Source: a virus
Lineage: Duplodnaviria; Caudoviricetes
Strand: one strand, 5' to 3'
Length of the DNA stretch: 57,214 nucleotides
Virus record (IMG/VR): IMGVR_UViG_3300030107_008096
Span: 1-57,214 of that record
Shown here: piece by piece, positions 53,910 through 57,214 of the stretch
Layout: every line of letters starts with the position of its first letter
Numbering within the stretch: position 1 is the stretch's first letter
Position numbers and translations under genes: made by a program
The notes under the pieces: model-generated
The model's input: the letters and a program-made list of their open reading frames with translations, nothing else
What the model was told of the DNA's origin: nothing
Databases searched by the model: none

Positions 53910-54597
53910 ATATATCAAAGAATCTGCGATTAGAGCCTCAAAGCAAAGAAAAGAATATGTTGTTTTTAATCGCATACCTTTATTGATAAAAGATCCCTTT
54001 ATAAAAGATATAGATGTAAAATATGTTATTAAAAAGATTGAGAACACAATCCCGGAACATTTGATGCACTTAGTCGACTCAATATACGTTGGAAGTTTCG
54101 CGGCATTTGAGAAAAAAAACACAAATGCCGCTTATCAAAATGGTTCAATTTTTGTATCCAACAACCAAACTGATGAGGCTGACATGATAGATGACCTCAC
54201 ACACGAAATAGCACACGCAGTAGAAGAGTTGGCACCAGATGAAATATATGGAGATAACAGCATTGAGAATGAATTTCTTGGAAAAAGGCGCAGATTATAT
54301 AACATATTAAAATCGGAAGGCTACAATGTGGGCCAAAAAGAATTTTTGAGGCTAAATTATTCTAATAGTTTTGATGAGTTACTTTATAAACATATCGGAT
54401 ACCCAACGCTGACTACTTTAACTTCTGGGCTATTTATATCCCCGTATGCTGCTACATCTTTACGAGAGTATTTTGCAAATGCTTTTGAGACGTATTTTCT
54501 AGAAGATAGAAACTATTTAAAACAAATTAGCCCAAAAGCTTTCCATAAAATAGAAGTTTTGGCTAATTATTTAAAAGGAGAGGATGAATGGATATAA
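53902..54597 (+). CDS. zincin-like metalloprotease domain protein
   Basis: THEIAHA...YA...REYFANAF. Confidence 0.75.
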   Translation: MRKYIKESAIRASKQRKEYVVFNRIPLLIKDPFIKDIDVKYVIKKIENTIPEHLMHLVDSIYVGSFAAFEKKNTNAAYQNGSIFVSNNQTDEADMIDDLTHEIAHAVEELAPDEIYGDNSIENEFLGKRRRLYNILKSEGYNVGQKEFLRLNYSNSFDELLYKHIGYPTLTTLTSGLFISPYAATSLREYFANAFETYFLEDRNYLKQISPKAFHKIEVLANYLKGEDEWI

Positions 54598-54929
54598 AAA
54601 TTAACCATAACAAAATAGAAAATACGGTCACTGTTGACATGAAGGTACCACTTCTTTCAAAGAAGGCTCCAAAAAGTGAACGAAAAAAATATAAAACAAA
54701 TTTTATACTTGACTTTGTGAAGAAAAAGGGGTATGATATAGATGGCGTCATGAAGAAAGATACTGTATTAAATTTTGTTGAAAATGGGAACACTGGTACG
54801 TGGAAATTTAAATTAGTTGAAAAGGTCAAGGTCTCACACCCTGCACCACCACAACCGCCTAGGCGGCCACCACCCAAGAAAAGAAACATGAGAAAGACGC
54901 GACCAAACCCCACACCCAAAGAGGATTAA
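54588..54929 (+). CDS. basic hypothetical protein
   Basis: GGAGAGG SD; Pro/Arg-rich tail. Confidence 0.65.
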   Translation: MDIKINHNKIENTVTVDMKVPLLSKKAPKSERKKYKTNFILDFVKKKGYDIDGVMKKDTVLNFVENGNTGTWKFKLVEKVKVSHPAPPQPPRRPPPKKRNMRKTRPNPTPKED

Positions 54930-55718
54930 TTGAGCCACATATCTTTTTCAGAATTGAAAATATGGGAAGAGTGTTCTTACAAACATAAACTTTCATATAT
55001 TGATAAAATTTCTACATTTAATGGCAACGAGCATACGGCATTTGGAAAAGCCGTGCACTCTGTTTGTGAAGCAAAGCTTTTAAACCCCAACATAGACGAA
55101 AAAGCACTTTTTAAAGAAAAATTCTTAGAAGAAGTGTTGGCTCTTTCTGATGAAATAAAAGAGGATTTAGATAAGAGTTTTGTCAAGCAACTACAAGAAC
55201 AGGGCTCACGCTTGGTGCCGGTAGTTTTACCTGGCTTAATAGGGCATTTTGGGAAAGAGTTTGAATTAATATCTGTAGAAGAGCAGCTTTTAGAACCAAT
55301 AGAGGAATTTCCTAAAGACTACGACTTCAAAGGCTTTATAGACCTTGTAATAAAAACACCAGATGGGAAATACCATATTATTGATTGGAAAACGTGTAGT
55401 TGGGGCTGGAAGGCTGAAAGAAAGAGCGACACAATCACAACTTATCAATTAACCCTTTATAAACATTTTTTTGCTAAAAAACACAACATAGACTGTAAAA
55501 ATATTAAAACGCATTTTGCCCTTTTAAAGAGGGCAAGAGCTAATGACCAAGTTGAAATATTTGAAGTGACTAGTGGTAATATAAAAACAAATAATGCTAT
55601 TAATCTTCTTACAAAAGCATTGTATAATATTGATAAGAAAAACTGCGTTAAAAACAGATTAGCGTGTAAAACACCCTTTGGGTGGTGTGAATTTTACAAA
55701 ACAAAACATTGCAAATAA
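54930..55718 (+). CDS. PD-(D/E)XK nuclease, Cas4/RecB-like
   Basis: GKAVH, GFIDLV, IIDWKT, QLTLY; N- and C-terminal Cys. Confidence 0.88.
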   Translation: MSHISFSELKIWEECSYKHKLSYIDKISTFNGNEHTAFGKAVHSVCEAKLLNPNIDEKALFKEKFLEEVLALSDEIKEDLDKSFVKQLQEQGSRLVPVVLPGLIGHFGKEFELISVEEQLLEPIEEFPKDYDFKGFIDLVIKTPDGKYHIIDWKTCSWGWKAERKSDTITTYQLTLYKHFFAKKHNIDCKNIKTHFALLKRARANDQVEIFEVTSGNIKTNNAINLLTKALYNIDKKNCVKNRLACKTPFGWCEFYKTKHCK

Positions 55719-55733
55719 CGTCAAGAGGTTTAA

Positions 55734-56996
55734 GTGAAGAAAATAAAAATTGTTACACTAAGCGATCATCCCCTTTCGCCTTCTGGGGTTGGAACACAAA
55801 CAAGATATGTTATAGACGCACTGCTTAAAACAGGAAAATACAAATTTATTAGTTTTGGCGGCGCCATGAAACACCAGGATTATAAGCCGGTTAAAACAGA
55901 AGAGTGGAAAGACGATTGGCTAATCATCCCCATTGACGGTTATGGGAATCAGGAAATGATTCGTTCTGTGATCCAAGCCGAAAAACCAGACATTCTTTGG
56001 TTTATGACGGACCCAAGATTTTGGGGTTGGCTGTGGGAAATTGAAAACGAGGTAAGATCAAATGTGCCAATGGTTTATTATCATGTTTGGGATAATCACC
56101 CACCGCCAATGTTTAATAAGCCCTTCTATGAGTCGAATGATCTAATTGTTACAATTTCTAAACTTACAGATGATGTCGTAAGCAAAGTCGCGCCAGATGT
56201 AAAAAGAGTGCATATACCACACACAGTGGATATGAATATATTTAAAAAACACTCCGAAGAGAAAGTAGCAGAGTTTAGAAAAAAACTGTTTCCAAACGGA
56301 GAAGGGTCTAATAAGATGATCTTTTTCTGGAACAATAGAAACGCTAGACGAAAACAAAGCGGCAGTGTAATATTCTGGTTTAATGAATTTTTAAAAATTG
56401 TTGGACGTAAAAGCGCGTGTTTGATAATGCATACAGAGGTTAAAGACCCTCATGGCCAAGATCTTGAAGCAATTATACAACATCTTGGAATAACAGATGG
56501 TGAAGTATTGTTTTCTCAACAGAAACTGCCGCCAGAAGATGTGGCATTGTTTTATAATATTGCCGATTGTACAATTAATGTGGCAGATGCCGAGGGCTTT
56601 GGCTTGGCAACATTTGAATCGCTAGCTTGTGAAACCCCGATTATTGTTAATATGACCGGCGGCTTGCAAGAACAGGTATTCGATGGGGAGCAGTCGTTTG
56701 GAATTGGGATAAAGCCAGCGTCAAGAGCAATTATCGGATCACAGGAGATCCCATGGATATATGAGGACAGAGTGTCTCAAGAAGATGTTGTCGATGCAAT
56801 GTTAAAAATGTACACCATGAAAAAAGAAGAAAGAGAAAGACTGGGAAAATTAGGTCGCGAACACGTTAAAAACAATTATGGGTTTGAGATCTTTGCAGCT
56901 AAATGGGATGCTGCCATGTCAATGATACATAACGAGCTTGGCTCTTGGGAAAATAGAAAACACTATAAATCATGGGAGTTTAAAGAGGTAGCATGA
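55734..56996 (+). CDS. GT-B glycosyltransferase (GT4-like)
   Basis: SGVGTQ, RNARRKQ, EGFGLATFESLACETP. Confidence 0.9.
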   Translation: MKKIKIVTLSDHPLSPSGVGTQTRYVIDALLKTGKYKFISFGGAMKHQDYKPVKTEEWKDDWLIIPIDGYGNQEMIRSVIQAEKPDILWFMTDPRFWGWLWEIENEVRSNVPMVYYHVWDNHPPPMFNKPFYESNDLIVTISKLTDDVVSKVAPDVKRVHIPHTVDMNIFKKHSEEKVAEFRKKLFPNGEGSNKMIFFWNNRNARRKQSGSVIFWFNEFLKIVGRKSACLIMHTEVKDPHGQDLEAIIQHLGITDGEVLFSQQKLPPEDVALFYNIADCTINVADAEGFGLATFESLACETPIIVNMTGGLQEQVFDGEQSFGIGIKPASRAIIGSQEIPWIYEDRVSQEDVVDAMLKMYTMKKEERERLGKLGREHVKNNYGFEIFAAKWDAAMSMIHNELGSWENRKHYKSWEFKEVA

Positions 56997-57214
56997 AAAA
57001 GAAAGTACTTGTTAGAGGGCCAGCCCTTTCTAGATCTGGGTATGGAGAGCACGCAAGATTCGTTTTGCGCGCCTTAAGAGCGCATGAAAAAATGTTTGAT
57101 ATATACTTGCTAAACATACCATGGGGAAGATCTGGGTGGATTTGCGAAAACAATGAAGAGCGAGAGTGGCTCGACGGCTTGCTGCAAAAAACAATGCAGC
57201 ATCAAAAAGACGGG
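56993..57214 (+). CDS. probable glycosyltransferase, truncated by window edge
   Basis: MKKKVLVRGPALSRSGYGEHARFVLRAL; ATGA overlap. Confidence 0.65.
   Translation, partial: MKKKVLVRGPALSRSGYGEHARFVLRALRAHEKMFDIYLLNIPWGRSGWICENNEEREWLDGLLQKTMQHQKDG

Noticed and set aside
54930-55718. cas4 as part of a CRISPR-Cas system or as the array's acquisition enzyme
   Set aside because: Solo Cas4-like nucleases are common in phages; it lies ~40 kb from the array with no cas1/cas2 and nothing linking the two
1-57214. Genome-wide stop-codon reassignment
   Set aside because: Long genes are intact in code 11, many genes end in TGA with ATGA coupling, and TAG also ends genes; only two local TGA cases look like readthrough
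1-57214. Cellular (bacterial or archaeal) chromosome
   Set aside because: No housekeeping operons; single-strand dense small ORFs, an endolysin, CCA-less tRNAs and phage-type promoters favour a large phage, although hallmark structural genes are outside the window

Overview
This window looks like a 57 kb segment of a large (jumbo-type) dsDNA bacteriophage. Genes are dense, nearly all on the + strand and mostly short. Identifiable genes include a tmRNA, two tRNAs without encoded CCA, Hsp20, DnaK, UvdE, KamA, PIN-PhoH, a GH25 endolysin, a MoxR-AAA/vWA pair and glycosyltransferases. No capsid, terminase or polymerase gene is present. Myxococcota-style proteins (CglF-like; CDGxDNDCDG repeat plus vWA) hint at a deltaproteobacterial host. 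Two promoter classes divide the window: a repeated sigma70-type early promoter cassette (~12.4-22.1 kb) and a short (C/A)TA(T/G/A)TTAT motif in front of probable late genes. The most striking feature is at 13.4-15.9 kb: an array of ~50-75 aa KOW/SH3-like microprotein genes separated by a conserved 33-bp direct repeat. That repeat encodes the end of one gene, the Shine-Dalgarno and the start of the next, so it behaves like a coding cassette array with hypervariable spacers. A second candidate system is a set of unrelated enzyme domains that carry shared N-terminal tags (MKLLFENWRxYLxE or MKLTKSKLKQIIKEE), resembling capsid-targeting signals. Other observations: two candidate structured ncRNAs, two candidate in-frame TGA readthroughs and an origin/terminus-like region. 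All family calls come from motif recognition by eye; no database search was run.
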